64,000 bases of DNA, taken from assembly GCF_009914755.1 (NCBI RefSeq), contig NC_060947.1. One strand, given 5' to 3'. Shown piece by piece: positions 1 through 14,400 of this stretch. Below the pieces are notes generated by a model. The model was not told where the DNA came from. It did no database searches and saw only the letters and a program-made list of their open reading frames with translations. Each line of letters begins with the position of its first letter. The first letter of the stretch is position 1. Source of the DNA: the human T2T-CHM13v2.0 reference genome, Homo sapiens. The translations under genes were made by a program, and so were the position numbers.

Positions 1-90
1 CCCCATGACACAAGTTTATCTATATAACAAACCTGCATATCAAACCCTGAGCCTAAAATAAAATTTTAAAAAATCTTGTATTACAAAAAA
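1..90 (+). mobile_element. 3' terminal fragment of an L1 (old L1PA-type) with A-rich tail
   Basis: CCCCATGACACAAGTTTATCTATATAACAAACCTGCA...AAAATAAAATTTTAAAAAA matches the L1 3' UTR end. Confidence 0.75.
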
Positions 91-94
91 AGTA

Positions 95-1765
95 GTTTAA
101 ATAAGTATTCTAAACTTCACCTTAAGGTACTATAACTAAGCCTGAAGCAAGCAGATGGGAAGTTAGTCATAATGTGCAGATTAGTAATTAATACATTGAA
201 AATAGATATACACTAGAAAAATCAAATCAAATTATACGTTCTTAAAAAATGAATAATACTGATAAACATCTATCAATAGTGACACAGAAATCTATCAGCA
301 ATATTAAGAATGTTAAGAATTGTTGCGGGAAGTCAGGGATCTCAAATGGAGGGACCAGCTGGAGCCATGGCAGAGGAACATAAATTGTGAAGATTTCATT
401 TTAATATGGATATTTATCAGTTCCCAAATAATACCTTTATAATTTCATATGCCTGTCTTTACTTTAATCTCCTAATCCTGTTATCTTCATAAGCTGAGGA
501 TGTACATCACCTCAGGATCACTGTGATAATTGTGTTAACTGTACAAATTGATTGTAAAACTTGTGTTTGGACAATATGAAATCAGTGCATCTTGAAAAAG
601 AACAGAATAACAGCGATTTTTAGGGAACGAGGGAAGACAACCATAAGGTCTGACTGCCTGTGGGGTCGGGCAAAAAGAACCATATTTTTCTTCTTGCAGA
701 GAGCCTATAAATGGACGTGCAAGTAGGAGATATCACTAAATTTTTTTCCTAGCAAGAAATATTAATATTAATACCCTGGGAGCCACTCTGGGAATGTCTG
801 TCTTATGTGGTTGAGATGAGGACTGAGATATGCCCTGGTCTCCTTCAGTACCCTCAGGCTTACTAGGGTGGGGGAAAACTACCCTGGTAAATTTGTGGTC
901 AGACCGTTCTCTGCTCTTGAACCCTGTTTTCTGTTGTTTAAGATGTTTATCAAGACAATACATGCACCACTGAACATAGACCCTTATTAGTAGTTCTGCT
1001 TTTGTCGTTTGTCCTGTCATCTTTGTTGGACCCTTATCAGTGGTTCTGCTTTTGCCTTTTGTCCTGTTCCCTCAGAAGCATGTGATCTTTGTTAGACCCT
1101 TATTAGTAGTTCTGCTTTTTGCCCTTTGAAGCATGTGATCTTTATACCTACTCCCTGTTCTTACACCCCCTCTCCTTTTTAAAACCCTTAATAAAAACTT
1201 GCTGGTTTGAGGCTCAGGCGAGCATCACAGTCCTACCGATATGTATTGTCACCCTGGTGGCCCAGCTGTAAAATTCCTCTCTTTGTACTGTCTCTCTTTA
1301 TTTCTCAGCCAGCCGACACTTATGGAAAATAGAAAGAACCTACGTTGAAATATTGGGGGTGGGTTCCCCCAATAAAGAATAAAAGAGGGGATATCACTAT
1401 AGCCCTGGACAATTATATTCACAGAAATTTGACAACCTAAATGAAGTGAAGTGATTTTCTGAACAGTAAAAGTTCCAAAAGTAAACCAAGTTGAAATAGA
1501 TAACCAGAAAACTTCCATAACTATGAAGAAGTTGAATTTGTACTTGTAAAACTTTCAAAAGGGAAATGCTGAGGCTCAATTTATTTCATTAGCAAGTATA
1601 TAACATTTGAAGAAAAAATAACCCCAATTCCATATAATCTCCTTTGGAAAGAGAAAAAGAGAAAAGGTTTTCCAAGTGTCTTTTTTTTCCCCTACAGAAA
1701 GAATATCTTTGTTTATTAGCAAAGTGCTGGAACATGGAAATCTGCAACAAAACAAGATTGTGACA
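95..1765 (+). mobile_element. Degenerate old L1 (L1M) ORF2 fragment, interrupted by a MER11 LTR at 321-1374
   Basis: A-rich ORF2-like sequence on both sides of the LTR (e.g. GAAATTTGACAACCTAAATGAAGTG); appears to resume near 27100. Confidence 0.55.
321..1374 (+). mobile_element. MER11 solo LTR (HERV-K11/HML-8 family)
   Basis: Starts TGTTGCGGGAAGTCAGGGA and ends GGTTCCCCCAATA; 6-bp TSD AAGAAT at 315-320 and 1375-1380; AATAAA near 1190. Confidence 0.92.
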
Positions 1766-2310
1766 TGCTTTAGTTTTTTTATTATTTTTATTTGTGTGGA
1801 TAAATAGTAGGTGTATATATTTATGAGCTGCATGAGATGTTTCGATACAGGCGTGCAATGCATAATCACATCAGTAAAGTGGGGTATCCATTTCCTCAAG
1901 CATTTATTATTTGTGTTACATACAAGCCAATTATACTCTTTTAGTCATCTTTAAATGTACAATAAAATTATTAATAACTATAGTCACCATGTTATGCTAC
2001 CAAAAACTAGATCTTATTCATTGTTTCTGGCTAATTTTTTATTAACTCACCATCCCCAACTGCCCACCCCTCAGCCCCAGCACTACCCTTCCCAGCCTCT
2101 GGTCTCTTTCTACTCTCTATCTCAATGAATTCAACTGTTTTGATTTTTAGATCCTACAAATAACTGAGAACATATGATGTTTGTCTTTCTGTGCCTGGTT
2201 TACTTCATTTAGTAAAATGACTTCCACTTCCATCCTTGTTGCAAATTAAAGGATCTCATTTATTTTTATGGCTGAATAGAAATCCATTGTGTAGAAGTAC
2301 CACATTTTTT

Positions 2311-2330
2311 TCTCTGTCTCTCTCTGTCTC

Positions 2331-2368
<38 letters not shown>

Positions 2369-2397
2369 CGTGTGTGCGTGTATGTGTGTGTGCGTGT
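2311..2397. repeat. (CT)n(GT)n compound microsatellite at the L1 tail position
   Basis: Directly visible TCTC/TGTG runs. Confidence 0.95.
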
Positions 2398-5300
2398 TTT
2401 ACTTTAGGTTCTGGGATACATGTGATGAACATGCAGGTTTGTTACATAAGTATACATATGCCATGGTGATTTACCACACCTATCAAACTGTCAACTAGGT
2501 TTTAAGCCCTGCATGCATTAGGTATTTGTCCTAATGCTCTCCCTCGCCTTTCCCCCCACCCCCCAACAGGCCTTGGTGTGTGATGTTCCCCTCCCTGTGT
2601 CCATGTATTCTCATTGCTCAACTCCCATTTATGAGTGAGAACATGCAGCATTTGGTGTCTGTTTCTGTGTTAGTTTGCTGAGGATGACGGTCTCCAGCTT
2701 CATCCATATCCCTGCAAAGGACATAAAGGACATGAACTCATTCTTTTTTATGGCTGTGTAGTATTCCATGGTGAATATGTGCCACATTTCCTTTATCTAG
2801 TCTATCATTGATGGGCATTTGGGTTGGTTCCAGGTCATTGCTATTGCAAATAGTGCTGCAAGAAACATACATGTGCAGGAGTCTTTATAGTAGAATGATT
2901 TATAATCACTACTTTGGGTTTATACTCAGTAATGGGATTACTGGGACCAATGGTATTTCTGGTTCTAGATCCTTGAGGAATCACCACACTGTCTTCCACA
3001 ATGGTTGAACTAATTTACACTCCCACAAACAGTGTAAAAGTGTTCCTTTTCCTCCACATCCTGCCGGCATCTGTTGTTTTCAGACTTTTTAATGATTGTC
3101 ATTCTAACTTGCATAAGATGGTATTTCATTGTGGTTTTGATTTGCATTTCTCTAATGACCGGTGGTGATGAGCTTGTTTTCATATGTTTCTTGGCCACAT
3201 AAATGTCTTCTTTTGAGAGGTGTCTGTACATATCCCTTACCCATATTTTGATGTTTTTTCTTCTTGTAAATTTGTTTAAGTTCCTTTTAGATTCTTGATA
3301 TTAGACCTTTTTCACATGGATAAATTGCAAAAATTTTCTCCTATTCCATGTGTTGCCTGTTCACTTTGATAACAGTTTCTTTTGCTGAGCAGAAACTCTT
3401 TAGTTTAATTAGATCCCACTTGTCAATTTTGGCTTTTGTTGCAATTGCTTTTGTTGTTTTAGTCATGAAGTCTTTGCCTATGTTTATTTGCTGAATGATA
3501 TTGCCTAAGTTTTCTTCTAGGGTTTTGAAGGTTTTAGGTTTCACATTTAAGTCTTTAAACCATCTTGAGTTAATTTTTGTATAAGGTGTAAGAAAGGAGT
3601 CCAGTTTCTGTTTTCTGCATATGGCTAGCCAGTCTCCCCAGCGCCATTTATTAAGTAAAGAATCCTTTCCCCATTGCTTGTTTTTGTCAGTTTTGTCAAC
3701 GATCAGATCATTGTAGATAAGTTGTGTTATTTCTGAGGCCTCTGTTCTGTTCCATTGGTGTATATATCTGTTTTAATACCAGAATCATGCTGTTTTGATT
3801 ACTGTACCCTTGTAGTATAGTTTGAAGTAAGGTAGCATGATGCCTCCAGCTTTGATTTTTTTTCTCTTAGGATTGTCTTGGCTACACAGGCTCATTTTTG
3901 GTTCCGTGTGAAATGTAAAGTAGTTTTTTCTAGTTCTGTGAAGAAAGTCAATAGTAGCTTGATGGGAATGGAATTAAATCTATAAATCATTTTGAGCAGT
4001 GTGGTTATTTTCACAATATTGATTGTTTCTATCCATGAACATCAATTTTTTTTCCATTTGTGTCCCCTTTTATTTTCTTGAGCAGTGGAGTGGTTTCAGT
4101 TCTCCTTGAAGAAGTCTTTCATGTCCCCTGTAAGTTGTATTTCTAGGTATTTTATTTTCTTTGTAGCAATTGTGAATGGGGGTTCACTCATAATTTGGCT
4201 CTCTGCTTGTCTATTATTGGTGTATAGGAATGCTTGTGATTTTTGCACATTGATTTTGTATCCTGAGACTTTGCTGAAGTTGTTCATTAGCTTAAGGAGT
4301 TTTTGGGTTGAGAAGATGGGGTTCTCTAAATATACAATCATTTTATCTTCTAACAGAGACAATTTTACTTCCTCTCTTTCTATTTTAATACGCTTTATTT
4401 CTTTCTCTTGCCTGATTGCTCTGACCAGAACTTCCAATACTATATTGAATATGAGCGGTGAGAGAGGGCGTCCTTATCTTGTGATGGTTTTCAAAGGTAA
4501 AGCTTTCAGGTTTTGTCCCTTCAGTGTGATATTGGCCATGGGTTTGTCACAAATAGCCCTTATTATTTTGAGATATGTTGCATCAATACCTAGTTTTTTG
4601 AGAGTTTTTAGCATGAAGGGGTATTGAATTTTATCGGAGGTCTTTTCTGCATCTATTGAGACAATGTGGTTTTGTCATTGGTTCTGTTTATGTGATTGAT
4701 TACGTTTATCTATTTGTTTATGTTGAACCAGCCTTGCATCTCAAGGATGAAGCCGACTTGTTCATGGTGGATAAGCTTTTTGATGTGCTGCTAGATTTGG
4801 TTTACTAGTATTCTATTGAGGAATTTTGCATCAGTGCCCAACAGGGATAATAACCTGAAATTTTCCTTTTTTATTGTGTCTCTGCCAGGTTTTGATATCA
4901 GGATGGTGCTGGCCTCATAGAAAGAGTTAGAGAGGAGTCCTCTTTTTCTATTGCTTGGAATAGTTTCAGAAGAAATAGTACTATCGCCTCTTTGTACCTC
5001 TGGTAGAATTCAGCTTTGAATCTGTCTGGTCCTGGGCATTTTTTGGTGGGTAGGTCACTAATTACTGTCTCAATTTCAGAACTTGTTATTGGTCTATTCA
5101 GGAATTGGAGTTCTTCCTGGTTTAGTCTTGGGAGGGTGTATGCATCCAGGAATTTATCTATTTCTTCTAGATTTTCTAGTTATTTGCATATAGGTGTTTA
5201 TACTATTCTCTGATGGTAGTTTGTATTTCTGAGGGATCAGTGGTGTGATGTCCCCTTTATTATTTTTTATTGTGTCTATTTGATTCTTCTCTCTTTTTTC

Positions 5301-7704
5301 TTTATTAGTCTGGCTAGTGGTCTATTTTGTTAATCTTAAAAAAAACAGCTCCTGCATTCATTGATTTTTTGAAAGGTGTTTCGTGTCTCTATCTCATTCA
5401 GTTCTGCTCTAATCTTAGTTATTTCTCGTCTTCTGCTAGGTTTGGTTTTGTTTGCTGTTGCTCCTGTAGTTCTTTTAATTTTGATGTTAGGATGTGAATT
5501 TTAGATCTTTCCTGCTTTCTCTTGTGGGCATTTAGTGCTATAAATTTACCTCTAAACACTGCTTTAGCTGTGTCCCAGAGATTCTGCTACATTGTGTCTT
5601 TGTTCTCATGGGCTTCCTTTTGTAGGTAAACTTACCTTTCTCTCTGGCTTTCCTTCACATTTTTTCCTTTGTTTCTACCTTCGAGAATCTGATAATTATG
5701 TGTCTTGATGTTGCTTTTCTTGTGGAATATCTTAGTGGTGTTCTCTGTATTTCCTGAATTTGAATGTTCATCTTTCTTGCTAGGTTGGGGAAGTTCTCCT
5801 GGATAATATCCTGAAGTGTGTTTTCCAACTTGATTCCATTCTCCCAGTCACGTTCAGGGACCCCAGTCAATTGTAGGTTTGGTCTTTTCACATAGCCCCA
5901 TATCTCTTGAAGTCTTGGTTCTTTCCTTTTAACTCTTTTTTCTCTAATTTTTCCTTCATGACTTATTTTAGTAAGTTGATCTTCAATCTCTGATATCCTT
6001 TCTTCCACTTGATCAGTTTGGCTGTTAATACTTGTGTAGGCTTCATGACATTCTTGTGCTGTGTTTTTTGGCTCCATCAGGTCATTTATGTTCTTCTCTA
6101 AACTTGTTATTATAGTTAGCATTTCCTGTAACCTTTTGTCAAGGTTCTTGGCTTCCCTGCATTTGGTTAAAACATGCTCCTTTAACTAAGAGGAGTTTGT
6201 TATTAACCAGCTTCTGAAGCCTACTTCTTTCAATTCATCAAACTCATTCTCCATCCAGTTTTGTGCCCATGCTGGAGAGGAGTTGTGATCATTTGGAGAA
6301 GAGGCATTCTGGTTCCTGGAATTTTCAGCATTTTGGCACTGGTTTTTCCTCATCTTCATGGATTTATCTACCTTTGGTCTTTCAAGCAGATGACCTTTAA
6401 ATGGGGTTTCTGTGTGGGGGTCCTTTATGTTGATGTTGATGGTATTGCTTTCTGTTTGTTAGTTTTTCTTCTAACAATCAGGCCCGTCTTCTGCAGGTCT
6501 GCTGATATTTGCTGGAGGTCCACTCCAGACCCTATTTGTTTGGGTATCACCAGTGGGGGCTGCAGAACAACAAAGATGGTTGCCTGCTCCTTCCTCTGGA
6601 AGCTTCATCCCAGAGGGGCACCAGCCCGATGCCAGCCAGAGCTCTCTTGTATGAGGTGTCTGTCAACCCCTCTTGGGAGGTTTCTCTCAGTCAGGAGGCA
6701 TTGGTGTCAGGGACCCACTTGAGGAGGCTGTCTGTCCCTTAGCAGAGCTTGAGTGCTATGCTAGGAGAACCGTATTTGTCAAAATTACTGCTTTCTTCAG
6801 AGCTAGCATGCAGGAAAGTTTAAGTCTGCTGAAGCCACGCCCACAGCTGCCCCTTTCCCCAGGTGCTCTGTCACAGGGAGATGTGAGTTTTATCTATAAC
6901 CCCCTGACTGGGGCTGGTGCCTTTCTTTCAGAGATACCCTGCCCAGTGAAGAGGTATCTAGAGAGGCAGTCTGGCCACAGCCACTTTGCTGTGCTGTGTT
7001 GAGTTCCTCACAGTCCCAACTTCCAGGCCTCCTTAGCGCTGTCACGGGAAAACTGCCTACTCAAGCCTCAGTAATCTTGGATGCCCATCCACTGACCAAG
7101 TTCCTCCCAGGTTGACTTCAGACTGCTGTGCTGGCAATGATAATTTCAAGCCAGTGATTCTTAGCTTGCTGGGCTCTGTGGGAGTGGGACTCACTGAGCA
7201 AGACCACTTGGCTCCCTGGCTTCAGCCCCCTTTCCAGGGCAGCAAACAGTTTTGTCTCGCTTGGGTTCCAGGTGCCACTGTGGTAGAAAAAAAAAAAAAA
7301 AAAAAACTTCTGCAGCTAGCTTGGTGTCTGACCAAACAGCCGCCCAGTTTTGTGCTTGAAAGTCGGGGCCCTGGTGGTGTAGGCACATAAGGGAATCTCT
7401 TGGTCTGTGGATTGCAAAAACTGTGGGAAAAGCATAGTATCTGGGCTGGATAGTGCAGTTCCTCATGGCTTCCTTTGGCTGGGAAAGGGAAGCCCCTCCA
7501 CCCGCTCCTTGCACTCCCGGGTGAGGTAATTCTCCACCCTGCTTCTGCTCACCCTCCTTGGGATGCATCCATTGCCTAACCTCTCTGAATGAGATAAACA
7601 GTATACCTTTGTTGGGAATGCAGAAATCACCCACCTTCTATGTTGGTCTCGCTGGGAGCTGCAGACCCGAGCTGTTAATGTTCGGCCATCCTGCAATATC
7701 CCCC
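2312..7704 (-). mobile_element. L1PA7/8-like element with 5' UTR, ORF1 and ORF2 remnants and an internal deletion at about 5610
   Basis: ORF1 remnant 5655-6122 (LENTLQDIIQENFPNLAR); ORF2 remnants 3010-4437; L1PA 5' UTR at 6300-7700; approximate TSD CCACATTTT at 2300 and 7705. Confidence 0.88.
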
Positions 7705-9497
7705 CCACATTTTCTTTATACATTCATTTATTGATGGATATTTAGGTTGCTTCCACATTTTGGCTGTTGTGAACAATGCTGCAGTAAACATGGGAATGCA
7801 GATATCTTTTTAGTATACTGATGTCCTTTCTTTGGGGATATAAACCCAGCCATGAGATTACTGGTTTGTATGGTAACCTATTTTTAGTATTTTAAGAAAT
7901 CTCCAAACTGTTCTCCATAGTGGTTTTACTGGTTTACATTCCTATCAACAGTGTATGAGTTCTCTCTTCTCTCCACATTCTCACCAGCATTTGTTATTGC
8001 CTGTCTTTTGTATATAAGCCATTTTAAGTGGAGTGAGATAGTATCTCATTGTAGTTTTGACTTGCATTTCTCTGAAGATTAATGATGCTTGACATCTTTT
8101 CATATGCCTGTTTGCCATTTGTGTGTCTTCTTTTGAGAAATGTCTATTCAAATATTTTGCTCATTTAAAAATTATATTATTATATTCTTTCCTATATGAT
8201 TGTTTGAGCTCCTTATATATTGTGATTATTAATCCCTTGTCAGATGTGTAATTTGCAAATATTTTCCACCACTCTCAGGGTTGTCTCTTCAATTTTTTAT
8301 TTTTTTTCGCTGCTGTGCAGAAGCTTTTTAACTTGATGTGATCCCATTTGTCCATTTTTGTTCTGGTTGGCTATGCTTGTAGGGTATTACACAAATATTT
8401 TCATGCAGACCAATGTCCTGGAGAATTTCCCCAAAGTTTTCTTCTAGTAGTTTTATAGTTTGAGGTCTCATTGAAGTCTTTAGTTCCTTTTGATTTGATT
8501 TTGTAAATTGTAAGAGATAGGGTTCTAGTTTCCTTCTTCTGCATGTGGATATCATTTTCCCAGCACAATTTATTGAAGAGAAGGTCTTTTCCTCAGTGTG
8601 TGTTCTTGTCACGTTTATCAAAATGGAGTTTACTCTAGCTGAATGGATTTGCTTTGGGGTTCTCTATTCTCTTCTATTGGTCTATGCATCTTTTTATGCA
8701 AGAACCATGCTGTTTTGGTTTCCATGTCTGTAGTATAACTTGAAGTCAGGTAATGTGATTCCTCTAGTTTTCTTTTTGCTTAGGATAGGCTATTCTTGGT
8801 CTTTTGTGGTTCCATATAAATTCTAGGATTGTTTTTTCTATTTCTGTGAAGAATGTCATTGTTATTTTGATGGGGATTGCATAAAATCTATAGATTGCTT
8901 TGGGTAATATGGACATTTTAACAATATTGGCCCTTCAAATCCACATGAAATCTCTCCTCTTTTGGTGTTCTTTTCAATTTTTTTTAAATAAATGTTTTGT
9001 AGTTTGCATTGTAGAAGCCTTTCACTTCTTTGGTTAGGTTAATTTTAATTTCATTTGTGGCTATTGTAAATGTGATTGCTTTTATATTTCTTTTTAGACT
9101 GAGCATTGTTGGCATATAAATATGCAACTGATTTATGATGTAGATTTTGTATCCTGCAACTAAATATTATCAGTTTGAATAGTTTTTTTTTGTGGCATCT
9201 TTAAAGTTTTCCAAACATAAGATTATATCATTTGAAAACAAGAATAATTTGACTTTGTTCTTTTCAATTTGGATGCCCTTTATTACTTTTTCTTGTCTTA
9301 TTGCTCTAGATAGGATTTCTAGTACTATGTTGAGTAACAGTGGTGAAAGTGAGTATCCTTGTTGTGTTTCTGATATTAAAGGAAATGCTTTCAGTTTTTC
9401 CACATTCTGGATGATACTTGCTATGGGTCTGATGTATATGGCTTTTATTATATTGAGGTATGTTCCATCTACAGCCAGTTTGTTGAGGGTTTTTATT

Positions 9498-10568
9498 TGT
9501 TGCAGGAAGTCAGGGACCCCAAATGGAAGGACTGGCTGAAGCCATGGCAGAAGCACGTGGATTGTGAAGATTTCGTGGACATTTATTAGTTCCCCAAATT
9601 AATACTTTTATTTCTTATGCCTGTCTTTACTGCAGTCTCTAAAGATAAATTGTGAAGATTTCATGGACGCTTATCACTTCCCCAATCCATACCCTTGTGA
9701 TTTCCTATGCCTGTCTTTACTTTAATCTCTTAATCCTGTCATCTCATAAGCTGAGGAGGATGTATGTCACCTCAGGACCCTGTGATGATTGTGTTAACTG
9801 CACAAATTGTAGAGCATGTGTGTTTGAACAATATGAAATCTGGGCACCTTGAAGAAAGAACAGGATAACAGCAATGTTCAGGGAACAAGAGAGATAACCT
9901 TAAACTCTGACCACTGGTGAGCTGGGTGGAACACAGCCATATTTCTCTTCTTTCAAAAGCAAATGGGAGAAATATCACTGAATTCTGTTTCTCAGCAAGG
10001 AACATCCCTGGGAAAGAGAATGTGCCCCTGAGGGTAGGCCTCTAAATGGCCCCCTTGGGTGTGGCCATCTTCTATGGTCGAAACTGTAGGGATGAAATAA
10101 GCCCCAGTCTCCCATAGTGCTCCCAGACTTATTAGGATGAGGAAATTCCTGCCTAATAAATTTTGTTCAGACTGGTTGCTCTCAAACCCTGTCTCCTGAT
10201 AAGATGTTATCAATGACAATGGTGCCTGAAACTTCATTAGCAATTTTAATTTCACCCCTGTCCTGTGGTCCTGTGATCTCACCCTGCCTCCATTTGCCTT
10301 GTGATATTCTATTACCTTGTGAAGCATGTGATCTCTGTGACCCACACCCTATTTGTACACTCCCTCCCCTTTGAAAATCACTAATAAAAATTGCTGGTTT
10401 TGCAGCTTGTGGAGCATCACGGAACCTACCGACATATTATGTCTCCCCCGGATGCCCAGCTTTAAAATTTCTCTCTTTTGTACTCTGTCCCTTTATTTCT
10501 CAACCTGGACAACACTTAGGGAAAATAGAAAAGAACCTATGTGACTATCGGGGGCACATTCCCCGATA
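9498..10568 (+). mobile_element. MER11 solo LTR inserted in L1 ORF2
   Basis: Starts TGTTGCAGGAAGTCAGGGACCCC and ends CCCCGATA; 6-bp TSD TTTATT at 9492-9497 and 10569-10574. Confidence 0.92.
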
Positions 10569-11419
10569 TTTATTATGAAGGGAGATTGAATTTTATCAAA
10601 TATCTTTTCAGCATCAATTGAAACAGACATAGTTTTTAACCCTTAATTCTGTTGATATGATGAATCACATTGATTGAGTATGCTGAACCGTTCTTGCATT
10701 GCAAGAATAAATAAGTTAGTTGTGATGAGTGATCTTTTTAATGTATTGTTGAATTTGGTTTGCTAGTATTTTGTTGCAGTTTTTTGAATAAATATTAATC
10801 AGAAATATTGACCTATAGTTTTTGTGTGTTTTTTTAAATGTGTCTTTGTCTGGTTTTGGCATCAGTTAAATATTGGCCTCATATAATGAATTTGGAATAA
10901 TTGCCTCTTCTTCCATATTTCAGAATCATTTGAGTAGGGTTGTATTAGTTCTTCTTTAAATGTTTGATAGAATTCAGCAGTAAAGCTATCAGGTGCTGGG
11001 CTTATCATTACTAGGGGACTTTTTATTAAGGCTTTGATCTCATTACTTCTTATTTGTTTGTTCAGGTTTGGATTTATTCCGGGTTCAATCTTGACAGGTT
11101 TAATGTATCTAGGAATTTGTCCATTTCTTCTACATTTTTCAATTTATGGCATATAATTACTCATAGTATCCAATCATGATCCTTTATATTTCTGCAGTTG
11201 TAATGCCTACTTTTTCACCTCTGATTTTATTTATTTGGATTTTCTTTCTCTTTTTTTCTGGCTAAAATTTGTCAATTTTCTTTAACTATTTATAAGCACT
11301 TTATTGATCTTTTGCATTAATTTATTCATTTCAATTTTATTTATTTCTTCTCTAATGTTTGTTATTTTCTTCTAACTATGCATTTTCTGTGCTTTTTCTC
11401 TTTTCTGATTTTATTAAGA

Positions 11420-14400
11420 TTTATTTATTTATTTATTTTTATATCAGTAGGTTTTTGAGGAGCAGGTGATGTTTGATTACATGGAAAAGTTCTTTAGTGG
11501 TGATTTCTGAGATTTTGGTGGACCCATCACCCAAGCAGTGTATACTGTACCCAATGTGTAATCTTTTATCCCTCACCTACTCCCCCCCTTCCACTCAGTA
11601 CCCAAAGTCTATTGTGTCATTCTTATGCTGTTGAGTCCTCATAGCATATCTCCTACTTATAAGTGAGAGCTATAAGTGTTTCATTTTCCATTCCTGAGTT
11701 ACTTTACTTAGAATAATAGTCTCCAGCTCCATCCAGTTGCTGCAAATGCCATTATTTTATTTCTTTGTATAGCTCAGTAATATTCCATGGTGTGTGTGTA
11801 TGTGTGTGTGTGTGTGTATGTGTGTATATATCACATTTTCTTTATCTACTCATTGATTGATGGACATTTGGACTGGCTCCATATTTTTGTAATTGCAAAT
11901 TCTGCTGCTATAAACATGCATGTGCAAGTCTTTTTCACTAATGACTTCTTTCTCTCTTGGTAGATACCCAGTACTGAGACTACTTGATCAAATGGTAGAT
12001 CTACTTTTAGTTCTTTATGGAATTTCCATACTGTTTCCCATAGTGATCGTACTAGTTTACATTCCCACCAGCAGTGTAAAAGTGTTTCCTTTTCACCACA
12101 TCCACATCAACATCTATTTTTTTAAAATTTTTAAATTATCGCCATTCTTGTAGGAGTAAGACAGCATTGTGGTTTTGGTTTTCATTTTCTTGATAATTAG
12201 TGATGATGTGCATTTTATAGCATGTTTGTTGACCATTTGTCTGTCTTCTTTTGAGAATTGTCTATTCATGTCTTTATCCCACTTTTTGACGGGATTATTT
12301 GTTTTATTCTTGCTGATTTGTTTGAGTTTCTTGTGGATTCTAGGTATTAGTCCTTTTTCAGATGCAGTTTGCAAATATTTTCTTTCATTCTGTGGGTTGT
12401 CTGTTTACTCTGCTGATTATTTCTTTTGCTGTGAGGCTTTTTAGTTTAATTAAGTCCCATCAATTTATCTGTGTTTTTGTTGCATTTACTTTTGGATTCT
12501 TGATCATAAAGTCTTTGCCTAAGCCAATGTCTAGAAAAGGTTTTCTGATGTTATCTTCCAGAATTTTTAGGGTTTCAGGTCTTAGGTTTAAGTCCTGAAT
12601 CCATGTTTAGTTGACATTTTATAAAATCAGAAATAAAGATCCAGTTTCATTCTCCTACATGTGGCTTGCCAATTATCCCAGCACCATTTGTTGAAAGCAT
12701 GTCCTTTCCTTACTTTATGTTTCTGTTTGCTTTGTTGAAGATCAGTTGGCTGTAAGCATTTGGTTTTACTTCTGGTTCTCTCTTCTGGTCCATTGGTCTA
12801 TGTGCCTATTTTTATACCAGCGCCATGCTATTTTGGTGGTTATAGCCTTATAGTATAGTTTGAAGTTGGGTAATGTGATGCTTGCAGATTTGTTGTTTTG
12901 GCATAGTCTTGATTAGGCTATGTGGGCTCCTTTTTGTTTCCATATGAATTTTAGCATAGTTTTTTCTAGTTCTGTGAAGAATGATGTTGGTATTTTGATG
13001 GGAATTGCATTGAATTTGTAGATTGCTTTTGGCAGTATGAACATTTCTACAATATTGATTCTACCCATCCATGAACATTTCAGCAGTGTTTTGTAGTTTT
13101 CCTTGTAGAGGTCTTTTACCTCCTTGGTTAGGTATATTTGTAAGTATTTTATTTATTTTGGAGCTATTGTGAAAGTGATTGAGTTCTTGATTTGATTCTC
13201 AGCTTGGTCACTGTTGGTGTATAGCAGAGCTACTAATTTGTGTACATTAATTTTGTATCCTGAAACTTCACTAAATTCATTTATCAGTTTTAGGATCTTT
13301 CTGGATGAGTCTTTAGGGTTTTCTAGGTATACAATCATATCGTTGGTGAACAGTGACACTTTGACTTCCTCTCTACCAATCTGGATACCCTTTATTTCTT
13401 TCTCTTGAATGATTGCTTTGATTAGGACTTCCAGTACTATGTTGAATAAAAGTGGTGAAAGTGGACATTCCTGTCTTGTTTCAGTTTTCAGGGAAAATAT
13501 TTTCAACTTGTTCAGTATAGTGTTGGCTGTGGATATGCAATAGATAGCTTTTATTAAATTGAAGTATATCTCTTTTATGCCGATTTTGCTGAGGGCTTTA
13601 ATCATTAAAAAAATTTGGGTACCTGATGCTGTTGCCTGACAGCTCTTAACATTCTTTCCTTCATAGTGACTTTAGATAACCTAGTGACAATGTGCCTAGG
13701 TGTTGATCTTTTTCAGTGAATTTCCTGGGTGTTCTTTGAGCTTCTTGTATTTGGACGTCTGCATCTCATGCAAGGTCAGGGATGTTTTCCTTTATTTCTT
13801 CAAGTAAGTTTATCCAAACTTTTAAATTTCTCTTCTTTTGGGGAATATGAATTATTCTTAGGTTTGGTCATTTAACTAAATCCCAAGCTTCCTGGATGCT
13901 TTTTTATTTATTTTTAATTTTTTTCTTTGTCTTTGTCAAACTGGGTTAATATGAAAGCCTTGTCTTTGAGGTCTGAAGTTCTTCCTTCTACTTGTTCTAG
14001 TCTGTTGTTGAAATTTTCACTGTATTTTGCATTTCTCCAAGTGTGTCTTTCATTTCCAGAAGTGCTTATTTTTATTTATGCTATTTTTTTCTGTAGATTG
14101 TTTTCATCCTTATCTGTATTATTTGTTCTTTTGTTTTTTAAATTTGGTTTTCACCTTTCTGTGATGCCTCATTGAGTAGTTTAATAATCATCTTTCTCAA
14201 TTCTTTCTCGGGCAATTCAGAGATTTTTTATTGGTTTAGATTCATTGCTGATGAGCTAGTATGACCTTTTGGGGATGTTAAAGAACTTGCTTTGTCATAT
14301 TATCAGAACTGTTGTTCTGGTTTCTTCTCATTTGGGTAGAGTATGTCAGAGGAGAAACCTGGGGCTCAAGGGCTGCTATTCAGATATTTTTTTTTTTGTC

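Noticed and set aside
4085-4627. 180-aa hydrophobic ORF resembling a membrane protein
   Set aside because: It is the antisense frame of L1 ORF2; the same pattern recurs at 9192, 13214 and 34952
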